Shown: positions 33,397 to 47,255, numbered from the whole stretch's first letter. The stretch: DNA of 62,494 nucleotides, filler included, from 11 parts of 11 records of this genome joined end to end with filler, not necessarily neighbours in it; one strand, 5' to 3'. Notes: generated by a model from the sequence alone, not told the origin. Numbers and translations are program-made.

Positions 33397-33689
33397 TTAT
33401 GTAAAAATACAAAAATGTATGAGATTATATCTCCTTAAGCGTCATTTCGCTAAGATATAGTTTCATTTGGTTTAAACGTTTTGTTTTGTTTAAAATTTAG
33501 GTTTTTTGATGTTGGTTTTTATTGCTCCCTTAAATATGGCCGAAAGCTAACTTATTACGGAAGTCAAAAAACTGATATTTGTTTTGTTTCTGATTTTAGA
33601 AAAAATACAATGCTGATTATGAGTTGTTTAATGCTCAGGTTTTTTTTTGTGCCCTGATTTTTGTTATGATTTTGGCAGAAGCGAATACT

Positions 33690-33697
33690 TAGTTTTG
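33690..33697 (+). promoter_or_regulatory. Bacteroidota -7 promoter element
   Basis: TAGTTTTG matches TAnnTTTG, upstream of pruA. Confidence 0.55.
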
Positions 33698-33739
33698 TAG
33701 GAAACGTGCAATTTATAAAATCATAAAAACTATAAAATT

Positions 33740-34273
33740 ATGCCAAAAGGAATTTTTACCGTACCGGTTGCTAAAAACGAACCGATTTTAACCTACGCTC
33801 CGGGAACTCCTGAAAGAGTAGAACTAAAAGCTAAAATAGCAGAACTTCGCTCTCAGGAAATTGACCAACCAATGGTTATTGGTGGAAAAGATGTATTTAC
33901 CGACAGAAAAGTAAGAATGTTCCCTCCACACGAACTAGAGCACACTTTAGGTTACTATAATCAGGGCGATGCCAGTCATGTAGAAATGGCTATTGATGCG
34001 GCTTTGGAAGCCAAAACAAAATGGGCAAACATGGGGTGGCAGCACCGTGCGTCAATCTTTTTAAAAGCAGCCGATTTGTTGGCCGGTCCATATCGCGCAA
34101 AAATAAACGCGGCTACAATGTTAGGGCAGTCAAAAAATGCATTCCAATCAGAAATTGATGCAGCCTGCGAATTAGCTGATTTCTTCCGCTTTGGAGTTCA
34201 GGTAATGACAGATATTTATAAAATTCAACCCGAGTCGGCAAAGGGTATGTGGAATTACAATGAATTCCGCCCC
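33740..34273 (+). CDS. pruA: L-glutamate gamma-semialdehyde (P5C) dehydrogenase, 3'-truncated
   Basis: NEPILTYAPGTPER, RASIFLKAADLL, ATMLGQSKNAFQSEIDAACEL. Confidence 0.93.
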
Positions 34274-34373
34274 NNNNNNNNNNNNNNNNNNNNNNNNNNN
34301 NNNNNNNNNNNNNNNNNTTAATTAATTAANNNNNNNNNNNNNNNNNNNNNNNNNNNNNNNNNNNNNNNNNNNN

Positions 34374-36685
34374 AAAAAGATTCTCACTTTATACCCAATA
34401 AACCATTATCTCTGTATCCTAAACTTTTAGACGAAAAGATTGAACTGGATGGCATCATTGAAGCATCCTGGAATATGGGTGCTCAATTTTCCAATTTCAC
34501 CGAATTCCGACCAAGCGAAAATAGAAAACCTGTCGTTGAGACGAATGGATTTGTTAAATTTGACAACAAAAATCTTTATGTCGCTTTTGTCTGTAGTGAT
34601 CCGGATATCAATCTTCTTAGAGCTTCCCTTACAGAACGGGACAATATTTTTGATGATGATTGGGTTTGTGTGACTATTGATCCAAACCAGGATTTTCAAA
34701 AGGCTTACAAGTTTTATGCTAACGCACGCGGTATTCAGGGAGATCGTTTATGGAGTATCAATGGAGATGAGGATGACTATAGCTTTGATTTAGTCTGGGA
34801 TTGTGATGCCTCCATATCTACCAATCACTGGACCGTGGAAATGAAAATTCCATTTGAAAGCCTAAGATTTCCTGATCAGGAAAAACAAAAATGGTCCGTA
34901 CACTTTACACGAAATTATCCCCGGGATCATGAATACCAGTTTTCATGGATGCCTATCACTCAAAATAATAATTCCTATATGGGGCAAGCAGGAAGTCTGG
35001 AATTTGAAATCCCCAAAGGAGATTTTGCACAAAAACGAATTGAATTTCTACCTTATACCGTAGGCACCTTTCAGCGTACCAGGAATGAAAATCCATCTGA
35101 TCCACGCTTTTCTAAATGGAACTCTGAAAATCCGGATGCGATGGCTGGTTTTGGTGTAAAATATGGACTTTCTTCCAATGTTATTGCCGATTTTACCTAT
35201 AATCCTGATTTTAGCCAGATAGAATCAGATGCGGGACAAATTAGCATAAATAGCCCATTTGCCTTATTTTACCAGGAGAAACGGCCCTTTTTTCAGGAAG
35301 GAAATGAAATATATACTGTCGATCAATTCACCAGAGGGATTATTTTGGATCAGTTTGTGAACCTTTTTTATTCCCGTAGCATTAACGATCCTGTAGTGGC
35401 TGGAAAATTGTCTGGTAAAATCGGTAAAATGGCCATTGGGTATACAACCGCTCTTGATGATCATACACCATTTATTATTCCGTTTGAAGAGAGCAGCTCG
35501 GTTTTATTAACAGAAGAACAATCCATAAACAACATATTTCGCGCCAAGTATGATCTGGGGAATCAAACCTCCATAGGATTATTCGCCAGTGACCGTCGCA
35601 TGAATGCAGATGGCTCCAATACTGTCGGAGCTGTTGATGCTACGATCCGTCTTTCAGACAAAATTATGTTGACGACAATAGCTGCCTTAACCAACACTCA
35701 GGAACCGAATGATTCAACGTTATCTCTTCGAATTGGAGAAAAAGATTTTAAAGTGGGCGATGACATCAAAACCGGAGCCTTTGATGGAGAATCTTTCAAG
35801 GGTACACTATTGAGTACCAAACTCTCCAGGGCATCCCGTCACTTCACGGCAGCGTTCGCTTTTCAGGATTTTTCTCCGGGTTTCCGGGCTGATAACGGAT
35901 TCATTATGTCTAATGGTTATCGAAATTATGAGGCTACGTCGGGTTATACATTCCGCTGGGAGAATCACAGTCTATTTACGTCGATTGAACCCAGAGTGAC
36001 TGTATGGCGAAAGTATAACTATGACGGACTTGTAAAAGATACAGGCTTATTACCTTCTGCCACCTTTCGGTTCAACAAACAAATCACCATGTTCCTTCGT
36101 GGATTTCTTTTTAATCAGGAAAATTTACGGGGAAAACAATTCGGACATGCCAGACAAATCTGGACGTTTATTCAAACGAATACCTCCAAATCCCTTTCAA
36201 CCCAGATATATGCAAAAATAGGAAAAGAAATCAATCGAATGGGTATTGAGGGAAATGACAGAAATCCATTTGACATTGTACCAACGTTTAATTGTAGTTT
36301 TACAGCAACGGTCAAACCCACATCACGTATAACAAATGAAGTTCAAACTCAGTTATTCATGTTGCATAAAACGTTCTGGCAGGATAAAATCATGAGTCAA
36401 CATATCTGGCGAAACACATTTATGTATCAATTTAATAGAAAATTGAGTTTACGCTTAATTGCTGAATACAATATTATGGATTATTATCATTCCGGTTTAG
36501 GAACACTTGTCAACAATAAGAACTTTTCGCTCGAACCACTGATTAGCTACAAATTAAATGCTTTTTCCGTTTTTTACTTTGGCGCCCATTTGGGTGGTTC
36601 AAACAATCTTTATCTGTTAACACGTAATGTACGGCTCAATGACCAATCTGTTTATATGAAATTGCAGTATTTATTGGGAAGGTAA
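34374..36685 (+). CDS. CBM9-like/DUF5916 outer-membrane protein, 5'-truncated
   Basis: Open from the contig edge (IELDGIIEASW); WTVEMKIPFESLRF, NPDFSQIESD, EKRPFFQEG, YSRSI; C-terminal YMKLQYL. Confidence 0.85.
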
Positions 36686-36801
36686 GATTGAAAGACAAAT
36701 CGATTTCAGCTGAGGAGGACTGTTTCCCTCTTTAAAATCCAGAATGGTGCATCACGCACCAATTCTTTACATTTTTTTATTTCGAACTCCTGCAATCTAT
36801 C

Positions 36802-36828
36802 AAGGTGGATCAATGATCCACCTTTTTT
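36802..36828 (+). terminator. Rho-independent terminator
   Basis: AAGGTGGATCA-A-TGATCCACCTT followed by a T run. Confidence 0.75.
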
Positions 36829-37034
36829 CTGTATGGTTCAAAACTTTTATATTCACTCATGAAAATAGTGCTATCAGTAATTTGATTTATTTTCAAATTT
36901 CTGATAATTCATTAAATATTTTTTGATTTTTCAGAAAAATTTAAGCTTGTGTTGCGTCCTTTTCAACTGGCATTATTTTTGTCATTTCTAACGGCATAAT
37001 ATTAGCAATTGACTATTTTAATCAAGGATTTTTT

Positions 37035-37454
37035 ATGAGAACAAAACAAAATAGCCGGATCACTATTTTGCTATTCATTACTTTGCTTTTACTTGCTTGT
37101 CAAAAAAACTCCAATCCGGTATGGAAACAACCCGAATCATCAGGTGAAACATCACCTTTAGCGATTGAACTGGAATGGGAATTTAATAATGATTTTGTTC
37201 GAATCGAGTTGGATGAAAAGGTGATCTTTTCCGGCAGGATAACGACGAATTATAGCATCAGTCTCGCATGGTCAAACGGCCGGGCAACATACAATACCGG
37301 ACGCCATTCGCTTAAAGTTACGGAAGTCGAAAAAAAGATATCCGGATATTATGAATTCAACCTGACAGACACCCTCAGTGTATTCGTCCGTTTTGATGCG
37401 AATCAAAATAGATTCATCTTTGAACAATATAACGGCTTTATCATGAGAGATTAG
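37035..37454 (+). CDS. Hypothetical lipoprotein
   Basis: LLAC lipobox after a hydrophobic stretch. Confidence 0.65.
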   Translation: MRTKQNSRITILLFITLLLLACQKNSNPVWKQPESSGETSPLAIELEWEFNNDFVRIELDEKVIFSGRITTNYSISLAWSNGRATYNTGRHSLKVTEVEKKISGYYEFNLTDTLSVFVRFDANQNRFIFEQYNGFIMRD

Positions 37455-37614
37455 GAAAATGCAAGGAGGCTAGCCCGAACAGATTAAAGTGTCGATTTGG
37501 GTATTCACATACGGATAAAAAAGCCGCCTTTATTCACTCCAAACAGAGATTGCTACAGGTTCAGGATCTAACAAACGAAAATAATTATGAAATTTGTATT
37601 TTCTAAAAAATCGA

Positions 37615-38993
37615 TTATTTTTGCTCGACAACCTCTTTTAGCCAATCCTCATGTAATTGAACAAGCCTTTTAACAATCTTGGGATATTTTTCAGCTAAAT
37701 TTTGTGTTTCAGCCGGATCCTTTTCAATATCACTTAAAAAGTATTCTGCTGCGGGGATCATTTTTCCTTTAAAGGCGGTCGAGGGATTATGTGCCACCAG
37801 CTTCCAGTTGCCATCCAAAACAGCCCATCTGGGCTTCTCCGTTGTACCACCTTTTTGCCAGTGTACAACTTTGTGAGGTGAGGATTCTTCGGGATCCTCC
37901 AGCATCGGTGCAATATTTTGACCGTCAATTTTACGATCCGGCAATTTGGCTCCGCAATAATGGGCAATTGTTGGCATCCAATCCATGGCGACTCCGATTT
38001 GGTCACGCACCTCATTTTCCGCCAGGTGGCCGGGCCAGGAAATAATACAAGGGACTCTTATCCCGCCTTCCCAAAAAGTAAATTTGTGACCCCGATATGG
38101 TCCTGAACGTCCGCCACCACTAAATGTTCGTTCTTCAACAGAGTGACCATGATCACTGAGGAAAATAATAATCGTGTTTTCTCTTATCCCAAGCTCATCA
38201 ATTTTATCCACGACCTGACCTATTTTCTCGTCAAGGGTAGACACAAATGCCGCGTACATTTTTCTCGGTTCATCCAGATTCTCATACATATCCCGATATT
38301 TTTTCTGCCCCTGCAAAGGATAATGCGGTAAATTAAAGGGCAAATATAAAAAGAAGGGGTGATCCTTATTTTCCTCTAAAAACCGGGTGGCCTCACGCAC
38401 AACCATGTCCGGGAAATAAGCACCTTCCTCCCATATCTCTTTTTCATCCCGCCACATATCGTGCCGATTCGGACCATGCCAGTAAAAATAATGAGAATAA
38501 TTATCGATACATCCCAGTTTATGACCAACAAATTCGTCAAATCCCTGCGCATTGGGACTGTTTTCAGGGTTCTCACCAAGATGCCATTTGCCAAAAATGG
38601 CGGTTCGATATCCTGCTTTTTTTAACACCTCTGCGATGGTCACCTGATGATTCGGCATCCCTTCTTTTTTGGCATTTTGATCTAATTCAGCCCTCTGAGG
38701 ATATCGACCCGTCAGCAGTGCAGCCCGTGAAGGCGAGCAGATACAGGCGTTCACATAAAAGTGTTTAAAAAGGAGTCCTCGCTTTGCCAAAGCATCCATA
38801 TTAGGGGTATAGAGATCTTTGGCGCCATAACAATTCACATCGATCGAACCCTGATCGTCAGTAAAAATAAGGACAACGTTTGGCTTTGTTTTTCGCATAT
38901 TTGATTTGGAGGAAAAGCCAGATGACGCAATTCCCAAACTACACAAGCCAATCGTTTTCAAAAATCCCTTCTGGAAAAACAATGATTTTCCAT
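37615..38993 (-). CDS. Arylsulfatase with Tat signal (one T missing in the signal region)
   Basis: CSPSR motif, FTDDQG, GKWHLG; adding one T to the T run near 38962 gives MENHCFSRRDFLKTIG. Confidence 0.9.
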
Positions 38994-39163
38994 GGATTCT
39001 CTCTTTTTGAATAAACTGAAATATTAATGGAGTTAATTATCTGAATGTTAGTGCAATATAAGTATAATTGAAAGAAAGTCAAATGGTGTTTGATTTGGAT
39101 TGGGAATAAAATAGTAAATTCACTTTGAAATATGCAACGTTTCTTGTTATATTATTTATAAAT

Positions 39164-39211
39164 CTCGTTCCCAGTCTCTGGCTGGGAATGCATTTGCGAG
39201 GCTCTGCCTCG
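39164..39211. repeat. REP element upstream of RAYT
   Basis: TTCCCAG-TCTCTGG-CTGGGAA hairpin followed by CGAGGC-TCT-GCCTCG hairpin. Confidence 0.8.
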
Positions 39212-39243
39212 AGTCAGTTAAATTAAAACAGGGGGTACCTATC

Positions 39244-39783
39244 ATGGGGAGAAGTAGGTATAAAATAACAGAACAAGTCGCACGACCTTATTTCCTGACC
39301 TGCACCGTTCTTAATTGGATAACCATTTTTAACCGACCACCGATTGTAAGCATGATACTCGATTCACTCAAATTCATGATTGACAATAATCGTCTTTCTA
39401 TTCATGCTTTCATTATTATGGAACATCATTTACATCTGCTTGCAAGTAGTGACAAATTGTCAAAAGAAATAGGGAATTTCAAGTCGTATACGGCAAGAAC
39501 AATAATCGATTACCTGGAAGCAGAGCACGAAAATAGCATTTTGTTTCAATTGGAGTTCTTAAAAAAACATCACAAAAAATCACAGCGTTACCAATTATGG
39601 CAGGAGGATAATCATCCTCAGGTTATAATTAACCGGAAAATGTTGGATCAAAAAATCAATTATATTCATTTTAATCCGGTTCGATGTGGCTATGTTGCGG
39701 ATCCGGAGCATTGGTGTAATTCGAGTTACCACAATTATGTTGGGAAAGAGGGATTGTTGGAAGTGGAGATTATTGGATTATAG
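39244..39783 (+). mobile_element. REP-associated tyrosine transposase (RAYT; IS200/IS605 TnpA Y1 family)
   Basis: YFLTCTV, IIMEHHLHL (HUH), FKSYTAR, WQE, NYIHFNPV (catalytic Tyr), SSY; degenerate REP-like GGCGGCAGGAGCCACC downstream near 39804-39819. Confidence 0.88.
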
Positions 39784-39929
39784 AGTTTTGTAATTTGTGC
39801 ACTGGCGGCAGGAGCCACCTGTACACACTNNNNNNNNNNNNNNNNNNNNNNNNNNNNNNNNNNNNNNNNNNNNTTAATTAATTAANNNNNNNNNNNNNNN
39901 NNNNNNNNNNNNNNNNNNNNNNNNNNNNN

Positions 39930-40411
39930 TTCTGTTCTGGAAGCGCCGCATCCCAGACGACCTTGTCAAATCCCTTTTCGCCGCCGTGCAGATGATTGTC
40001 ACCGTCATTGGCAGCCAGCTTGTATTCCGTTCCGCCAAGCGTGAATTTGCCGTTGGCAATACGGTTGCCGTAGCGACCAATAAGACAGCCGAAATAGGGG
40101 CTTTTTTCTTCGTAATCGGCCAGATTATCAAAACCAAGAAGAATATCGCCCAGCTCACCATTGCGGTCGGGTACCCACAATTCGACACAGGTGCCGCCGT
40201 AATTAGTGATCTTCGCAACCAGACCTTTGGAATTGGTCAGTGTGTACAGATCGGCCTTTTGCCCGTCTTTGGTTGTGCCGAAGTCTGCTTTTGTCACACC
40301 TTTGACGGCTCCTGCTTCGCCGCTGCTCGATGCGGAATTACACCCGGACAGAACAACCAATGTACAGATTAAAGCGATGCTGACATTGTACAGTACAGAT
40401 TTCTTTTTCAT
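39930..40411 (-). CDS. galM: Aldose 1-epimerase with lipoprotein signal, 3'-truncated
   Basis: LSGC lipobox; YFGCLIGRYGNRIANG, NHLHGG. Confidence 0.9.
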
Positions 40412-40493
40412 GTTTTTGCCTCCTGCATATGAATTAACATTAATTTTTGCGCGTTCAATTCCATCTTTACAAGCAAATGTTTTCATATTTGGC

Positions 40494-41991
40494 TTAGGTC
40501 AGTGCCTTGCCGAGCATGTAATACACTTCATTGGTACGGATGGTGTTCTTGAATCCTGAAATGGTGGTATCCTCGTCAATCAGGAGATATTCAATGCCGG
40601 CCATTTCCGTGAAATCTTCCATGTGCTCAGCGGTTAATGCCATCGAGAAACCGGTATGGTGAGCACCGCCGGCCAGAATCCATGCGGCGACGCCGACTTT
40701 AATGTCCGGTTTCGGAACCCAGCATACCCGGGCAACAGGGAGTTTCGGAAGGTCCGCATCCGGAGCGACAACGTCACACGGATGTACAATCATACGGAAA
40801 CGATTGCCCATATCAACCAGTGAGGCGTTTACACCGTCGCCTTTAGCCGTGTTAAATACAACGCGAACCGGGTCATCCTTGCCGCCGATGCCCAGCGGAT
40901 GGACTTCCAGCGAAGGCTTGCTGTCAGCAATCGAGGGGCAGACTTCCAGCATGTGGCTGCCCAACACTTTCGGGCTTGCCGGATCCAGATGATATGTGTA
41001 GTCTTCCATGAACGAGGTGCCGCCTTCAAGCCCGGTAGCCATCACTTTCATGGGCGCGTACCAGTGCCGCGGTTTTCCAGTCGCCTTCGCCGCCAAAGCC
41101 ATATCCTTCGGCCATCAGACGCTGAACCGCCAGACCCGGCAGCTGAAGCATGCCGTGCAGGTCTTCAAATGTCGTCGTAAACGCCTTGAATCCGCCTTCT
41201 TCAAGGAAGGTTCTCATCCCCGCTTCGATGCGTGCCGATTCGCGAATGAGGTCCATGTTGTCATCGCTGACATTGAACTGGTATTCTTCTTTGTATTCAG
41301 CGACGATCTTATCGATCTGTGCATCGGTGACTTTCTTGATGACGGCAACCAGATCGCCGACGCCATAGCCGTTGACCGATATGCCGAATTGCTTCTGAGC
41401 TTCGACTTTATCGCCTTCGGTAACAGCTACTTCACGCATGTTATCACCGAAACGACAGACCTTCATATTTTTCATTTCATTCCAGCCGGCTGCTGCACGC
41501 ATCCAGGCACCCAGTCGCTGCTGGACATCGGCTTCCTGCCAGTGCCCGACGACAACTTTGCGGTTTTTGCGAAGACGGTTGCAGATAAAACCGAATTCCC
41601 GGCCGCCGTGTGCAGACTGGTTTAGGTTCATGAAGTCCATGTCGATGTCAGCCCACGGAATGTCGCGGTTGAACTGGGTGTGCAGATGAACGAACGGTTT
41701 CTGCAGCAGTGACAAACCGGCGATCCACATCTTCGCCGGGCTGAAGGTGTGCATCCAGGTAATCAGGCCGATACAGTTGGGAGTCGTATTCGCTTCGATG
41801 CAGATATTGGTGATCTCATCGGGAGTCTTCAGGACAGGCTTAAAGACGACTTTGCACGGAATGTCTGCTGAGACATTCAGTGCGTCGGCAATCTGCTTTG
41901 AATCGGCGTCAACCTGTTTGAGGGTCTCCGGACCATACAGATGCTGACTGCCGGTAACAAACCATACTTCAAATTCTTTCAATGTTTTCAT
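40494..41991 (-). CDS. araA: L-arabinose isomerase, frameshift near 41052
   Basis: [51 protein letters not shown]. Confidence 0.95.
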
Positions 41992-42009
41992 TAGAATACT
42001 TCTCCTTTG

Positions 42010-42698
42010 CTATTTTTGTCCGTAATAGGCATTTTTACCGTGTTTTCGTAAATAATGTTTATCCAACAGTGTTTGAGAAATGGCCGGCAGTTCCGGCTTC
42101 AAAATAGCCGTCTTCAGAGCCATTTCCGCGACCTGTTCCAGTACAACAGCAGACTCGACTGATTTAGCTGGCGTAGGCCCCCAGGTAAACGGCCCATGAT
42201 TGGCAACCAGCACGGCGGGCATCTGGTCTGCATTCATGGAGGCAAATGTCTCAACGATAACTTTGCCCGTGTTCAGTTCGTAGTCCGATTCAATCTGCTC
42301 GGGCGTCATCAGCGGCGTCACCGGGATGGCCCCGTAATAATAATCTGCATGCGTTGTACCCAGGCAGGGATCGACCGGCACGCCTGGGCCCAGATCGTTG
42401 CGTGCAGTGAATGCGTATGGCAAACGCCGCCGATATTGGGGAATCGGCGATACAACTCAAGATGCGTCGCCGTATCGGAGGAAGGGCGAAGTTCACCCTC
42501 CACGACATTGCCCTCAAGATCAAGCAGAACAATATCATCCGGCGTCAGCGTGTCATACGAAACACCGCTGGGCTTGATCGCAACCAGACCCTTTTCGCGG
42601 TCAATTCCGCTGACATTACCCCAGCTGTAAATGATCAGCTCGCGACGCTTCAGTTCAAGGTTAGCTTCGCAGACATCAATTTTTAGATTTTCAAGCAT
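42010..42698 (-). CDS. araD: L-ribulose-5-phosphate 4-epimerase, frameshift near 42368
   Basis: [36 protein letters not shown]. Confidence 0.95.
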
Positions 42699-42703
42699 GT
42701 GAC

Positions 42704-44389
42704 TTACTCCTGACAGGATTCTTTGATGTCCAGCAGATCCTTCATGACATTGGCCATGTCAACCGCAGAGCCGGCTACGCCGAAACCATCGTGCAACTGT
42801 TTGTAGAGTTTGTAAATTTTGGCGTAAACGGCCTTGTTTTCCGGGATCGGTTTATAAACGACTTCCTTGACGCCGGTCATCGCCGACTGTGCAGAGCCAA
42901 AGTCGGCGTAACCGCCGTTGGCACTGCCGGCCACGACAGCCGCCGCAATCGCCGAACCCAGTGCACAAGTTTGAGCAGACCGTGAGACTTTCATCTCCCG
43001 GCCGATGATGTCAGCATAAATCTGCATGACGGTTGCGTTCTTTTCAGCGATACCGCCGCAATTGACAACTTCGTCGATCTTAACGCCGTATTCTTCGATC
43101 CGGTTAATGATCGTTAACGCGCCGAATGCTGTTGCTTCAACCAGTGCCCGGTAAATTTCTTCCGGCTTGGTGTGCAGTGTTTGCCCCACCAGCATACCCG
43201 TCAACCGCTGATCGACGAGAATCGTCCGGTTGCCGTTGTTCCAGTCCAAAGCCAGAAGACCCGATTGACCGGGTTTCAGAGCAGCCGCCTTGTCAGTCAG
43301 GGCTTGGTGAGAACCGTTTTCACCGCCGCCCGGTTCGATGTAGTTTACAAACCAATTGAAGATATCGCCTACAGCCGATTGACCCGCTTCGATACCGAAA
43401 CTGCCCGGAAGGACCGAACCGTCAACAATACCGCATACACCCGGAATGTCTTCCAGGGGCGTCGCGGGTTCGGAAACCATCAAATCACAGGTACTGGTTC
43501 CCATGACTTTGACCATCGTTCCCGGCGAGACACCGGCTCCAATGGCTCCGAGGTGACAGTCAAAGCCGCCCATGGCGACCGGGATACCTTCTTTCAGTCC
43601 CACTTTAGCGGCCCATTCAGCCGACAATCCGCCGGTGGCCTCATCAATCGCAAATGTCTTCTCCGGCAGCGTATCACGCAGCGGTCCCAGTTTGGAATCC
43701 AGTTTTTCCAGGAAATCTTTAGCGGGGTATCCACCCCAGCTATCATTATAGAAAGCCTTGTGCCCGGCAGCACAGCGACAGCGTTTGATTTTGCTGGGGT
43801 GATCCGTGCCGGTTAGAATGCCGGTGATCCAGTCAGCGTGTTCGACCCAGGTATAAGCCGCGTCGAAAACTGCCGCGTCGGTTCGCAGGCAATGCAGTAG
43901 CTTGCTGAAGAACCATTCCGACGAATAGGTTCCGCCGCATTTGGCCAGATACTCAGGATGCTCTTTTTGTGCCAGTTCGGTAATCTCGGCTGCTTCCGCA
44001 TAGCCGGTGTGGTCTTTCCAGAGCCAGACATAGGCGTTCAGATTGTCTTTGAATTCCGGTTTCAGTGCCAGTGGAACACCGTCGGCGTCAACGGGGATGG
44101 GGGTTGAACCGGTCGTATCGACGCCGATGCCGATAACGTCAGCGGGGCTGAAGGATGCGTCAGCTTTCTGGGCCTGCTGCATCGCTTCGACGATGGTGAG
44201 CTCAAGGCCTTTGAGATAATCGGCTGGATTTTGGCGGGCGACGTTGTGATCCGACGGATCGAGCAAAATGCCTGCTTGGCCGGATTCGTATTCATATACC
44301 GCTGTTCCCAATTCACTTCCGTCTGCAACATTAACAATCAGACACCGTACAGAGTTCGTTCCATAGTCTAAACCGACCGTATAAGGCAT
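42704..44389 (-). CDS. araB: Ribulokinase
   Basis: [44 protein letters not shown]. Confidence 0.95.
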   Translation of the reverse strand: MPYTVGLDYGTNSVRCLIVNVADGSELGTAVYEYESGQAGILLDPSDHNVARQNPADYLKGLELTIVEAMQQAQKADASFSPADVIGIGVDTTGSTPIPVDADGVPLALKPEFKDNLNAYVWLWKDHTGYAEAAEITELAQKEHPEYLAKCGGTYSSEWFFSKLLHCLRTDAAVFDAAYTWVEHADWITGILTGTDHPSKIKRCRCAAGHKAFYNDSWGGYPAKDFLEKLDSKLGPLRDTLPEKTFAIDEATGGLSAEWAAKVGLKEGIPVAMGGFDCHLGAIGAGVSPGTMVKVMGTSTCDLMVSEPATPLEDIPGVCGIVDGSVLPGSFGIEAGQSAVGDIFNWFVNYIEPGGGENGSHQALTDKAAALKPGQSGLLALDWNNGNRTILVDQRLTGMLVGQTLHTKPEEIYRALVEATAFGALTIINRIEEYGVKIDEVVNCGGIAEKNATVMQIYADIIGREMKVSRSAQTCALGSAIAAAVVAGSANGGYADFGSAQSAMTGVKEVVYKPIPENKAVYAKIYKLYKQLHDGFGVAGSAVDMANVMKDLLDIKESCQE

Positions 44390-44581
44390 GATTTTCTCCT
44401 AATTCTCGGTTACATAGTTATCAGTATTGAAAACGCAAGCGATTAGCGTTTATTATCCGTTTCTAAGCTCTAAATGCAAGCAGTAGAGCATAAATTTTTC
44501 ACATTCTACCCCGAAAATAGTGTACTTTAAGACCATTTTGCGTTAAAAAATAACCAAATTGCGTGCTCGGGAAGATTTAAC

Positions 44582-45051
44582 ATGAAAAAAATAATGATCA
44601 TTATCGATACGTCTCGGGCTTCCGGCCGAAAATTTCTGGCTGGAGCCGAGCGATATATTTCAGCGACGGCTGATTGGGAAGTCTACATCCAGCCGCCCGA
44701 TTATCTGCATCGACGCAGTTCCGGGCTGGATTTCGGAATGCCGATAGAAAAGATGGACGGCTTGCTGATTCGCGATGCGGTTGTGCCGTACCGATGATGA
44801 CCATGAGCATTCCGAAGGTGATCAACGATACACAACGCGAATTAATTTCCGGTTCGTCAACTATTATTACTGATTCGCACGCAATTGGGGAAATGGCGGC
44901 CGAGTATTTCCTCGATTTAGGCTTTTACAATTTTGCCTATTGCGGTTTTCGGGGGTTGCAGTGGTCAGAAAAACGAGCAAACGGCTTTGCTTCCGTTTTA
45001 AAGCAGAAGGGCATTTCAAATCGGTTTGAGTACAAAGATGACTTTTCGGCA
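44582..45051 (+). CDS. XylR-type regulator (periplasmic-binding-fold sensor domain), frameshift near 44785, truncated
   Basis: IIDTSRASGRKFLAG, DSHAIGEMAAEYFLDLG, WSEKR; divergent from araB. Confidence 0.8.
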
Positions 45052-45176
45052 NNNNNNNNNNNNNNNNNNNNNNNNNNNNNNNNNNNNNNNNNNNNTTAAT
45101 TAATTAANNNNNNNNNNNNNNNNNNNNNNNNNNNNNNNNNNNNNNNNNNNNTATTCACTTCCCTCTCTGTCTCAAG

Positions 45177-47255
45177 GGCGGCTTTTGACATTGAACGACA
45201 GACGGATGCGTATCTTGTGCGCCACTACGGTCGAGACACTCTCCTCTATGTGCGATTCCTCCGTCTTCTTATTGTCTTCATGGCGTTCGCGTCGGTGACG
45301 TCTTTCTTTGTTACTCTGCCGATCAATCGTCAAGGAACCGAAGGACAACTTGGTATCTATGCTACAACCATCAACAACATTGCTCGTCAGTCCGATCTAT
45401 TGTGGGTTCATCTTGCTCTGACGTACATCGTATCAATCGGTGTCTTCCTGGTGATTGCTGGGTTTCAATCACTCTCTCGTGAGTGGAAGCGAAGTGCCAC
45501 CGAGGAGATGGAGCATCCCTCCACTGCAACTCCTCCGCCCGTGTCTTCAATGGTTGTCATGGTGCAAGGAGTTCCCACCACAGGAGTAGACGATGTATTC
45601 CTGTATGATTATTTGAGGAAACGCTATGGAGACGAGGTTTTTGGTGTCTACAGCGTGCCAGACTTGGCAGGGGTGCGTGTGTTGACAGACAGCCGACACA
45701 ATCTCACACGGAAACATGGAAAACAGGCCATGCGCGCCAACAATGCACGGATCCGTGCTCAAAAGAATCTAGACTACAATCGTGTAATCTCCCAACATCG
45801 CAATGCTCGTCCGATTGTGGTACAGTGTTGTCCATCCCCCCAGGTATTCGTGGCTGCGTTCTCTCATTCGTTGGCGCTCACTTGTCCTCCCATTAGATCC
45901 ATGGCGCCGTTGCATTCTACCAGGCCCAAGTGATTCAATTCTCCACCAAGGTTCAATCTCTGCTGTGTGCTGAGCGTCATGGCACCGGATTCGTCTTTGT
46001 CGTGTTCCGCCGTCCTGCCTCCGCCCGTCGCTTTCTTCGGGACATGCACTCCTTGAACCGTCCTGTACTCTTCCCTGAGGTGGATCGGCCTCCCCTGGCC
46101 AACCGCTGGCGCGTATCACCTGCACCCGAGGCCAACGACATCCTATGGGAGAACTTGCATCATGGCGCTCTGTTTCGATGGTTTCGCTTTGCGTGTATCA
46201 ATCTTCTGCTAGTGTTGATTTCCTTCTTCTTCACAACGCCCATTGCTATCACCTCTGCGCTGTGGCAACTTTCTTTTTTGGCACCCAAACTTTCCACCTT
46301 TTTCCGCTCCTTGCTTCGAGGTCCTGTGTTCTATGCCTTCATGCCCTCTCTCATCCTTTTGCTCATCCGTGAACTTCTTCCGGTGGTATTCGATGCCCTC
46401 TCGCGTTATGAAGGATTTCTCAAAGAATCGGCCCGTCAACGCAGCAACACCATCAAGACGTTCATTTATTACCTTCTCAACATCCTCATTCTCCCCTCTC
46501 TCTGGTTCACGTCTCTGTTTTCCCTTGCAGAACGAACCGCATCCTCGCCAGATGCAGTGCAATGGGTAGCAGGGACGTATCTGACCCACACCCTTGCATC
46601 TGGGCCCTTTTTCATCAACTATGTCATTCAGTGTGCGTTCCTGGGCGAAGTTGTAGACCTCATGCGGCTCCCCGACTGGGTGATCTTCAAGTATCGCCTG
46701 GCCCGAGCCATGACAGCCAAGGATGTCCGCGAGGCCCATCGCACTCCTCCTTTCGCGTATTCGTATCACTATGCTTTCATACTTGCCATCTTCAGCGTGG
46801 TTCTAACGTATGGAACGACATGTCCCCTGATCTACCCCGCAGGCTTCTTCTTCTTCTTCTTCAAGCTTATGGTAGACAAATGGAATATCTGCACACACTA
46901 TGCACGGGGCGCACAGGGTGATGGAGCTCTGGCGAGCACCATTGTAACGATTCTGGTGCTTAATCTCCTCCTGGCCCAGAGTGTCATGTGTGTGTTCTTC
47001 TCGGAACGTGGGGTGTCCTTCCAGTTCACCTTGTCCTTGTTGCTCTTGCTTCTGACGGCTGGGGCATTCCTCTACAACTGGTTGTTGTTGGGAACCGACA
47101 TTCTGGTGAAGGCTGACCCCATCGAAGAGAATACCGTCTCCCCGTCCGGATCCACTACGCCTCAACTTCTCACGGAAGGCGCACATCTGTCCTATATCCA
47201 TCCACTTCTCCGAACGACCCCGAACACTCCTGGGGTAGTGCAGAATGGCGTGTAA
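45177..47255 (+). CDS. Eukaryotic OSCA/TMEM63 (CSC1) mechanosensitive channel, 5'-truncated; intron 45844-45896
   Basis: HYGRDTLLYVRFLR, GFVFVVF, APEANDILWENL, FFINYVIQ, KLMVDK; a 53-nt GT-AG intron joins the two ORFs in frame. Confidence 0.9.

Noticed and set aside
36991..37008. Possible sigma54 promoter (GG-N10-GC) before the lipoprotein gene
   Set aside because: Only the core dinucleotides match well; too weak to call
8960..44800. Many split genes (HcnB-like, tctA, kamA-like, T9SS protein, kinase, sulfatase, araA, araD, xylR) as pseudogenes or programmed frameshifts
   Set aside because: Most are +/-1 changes in homopolymer runs across unrelated organisms, with motifs intact on both sides; this is typical of sequencing error
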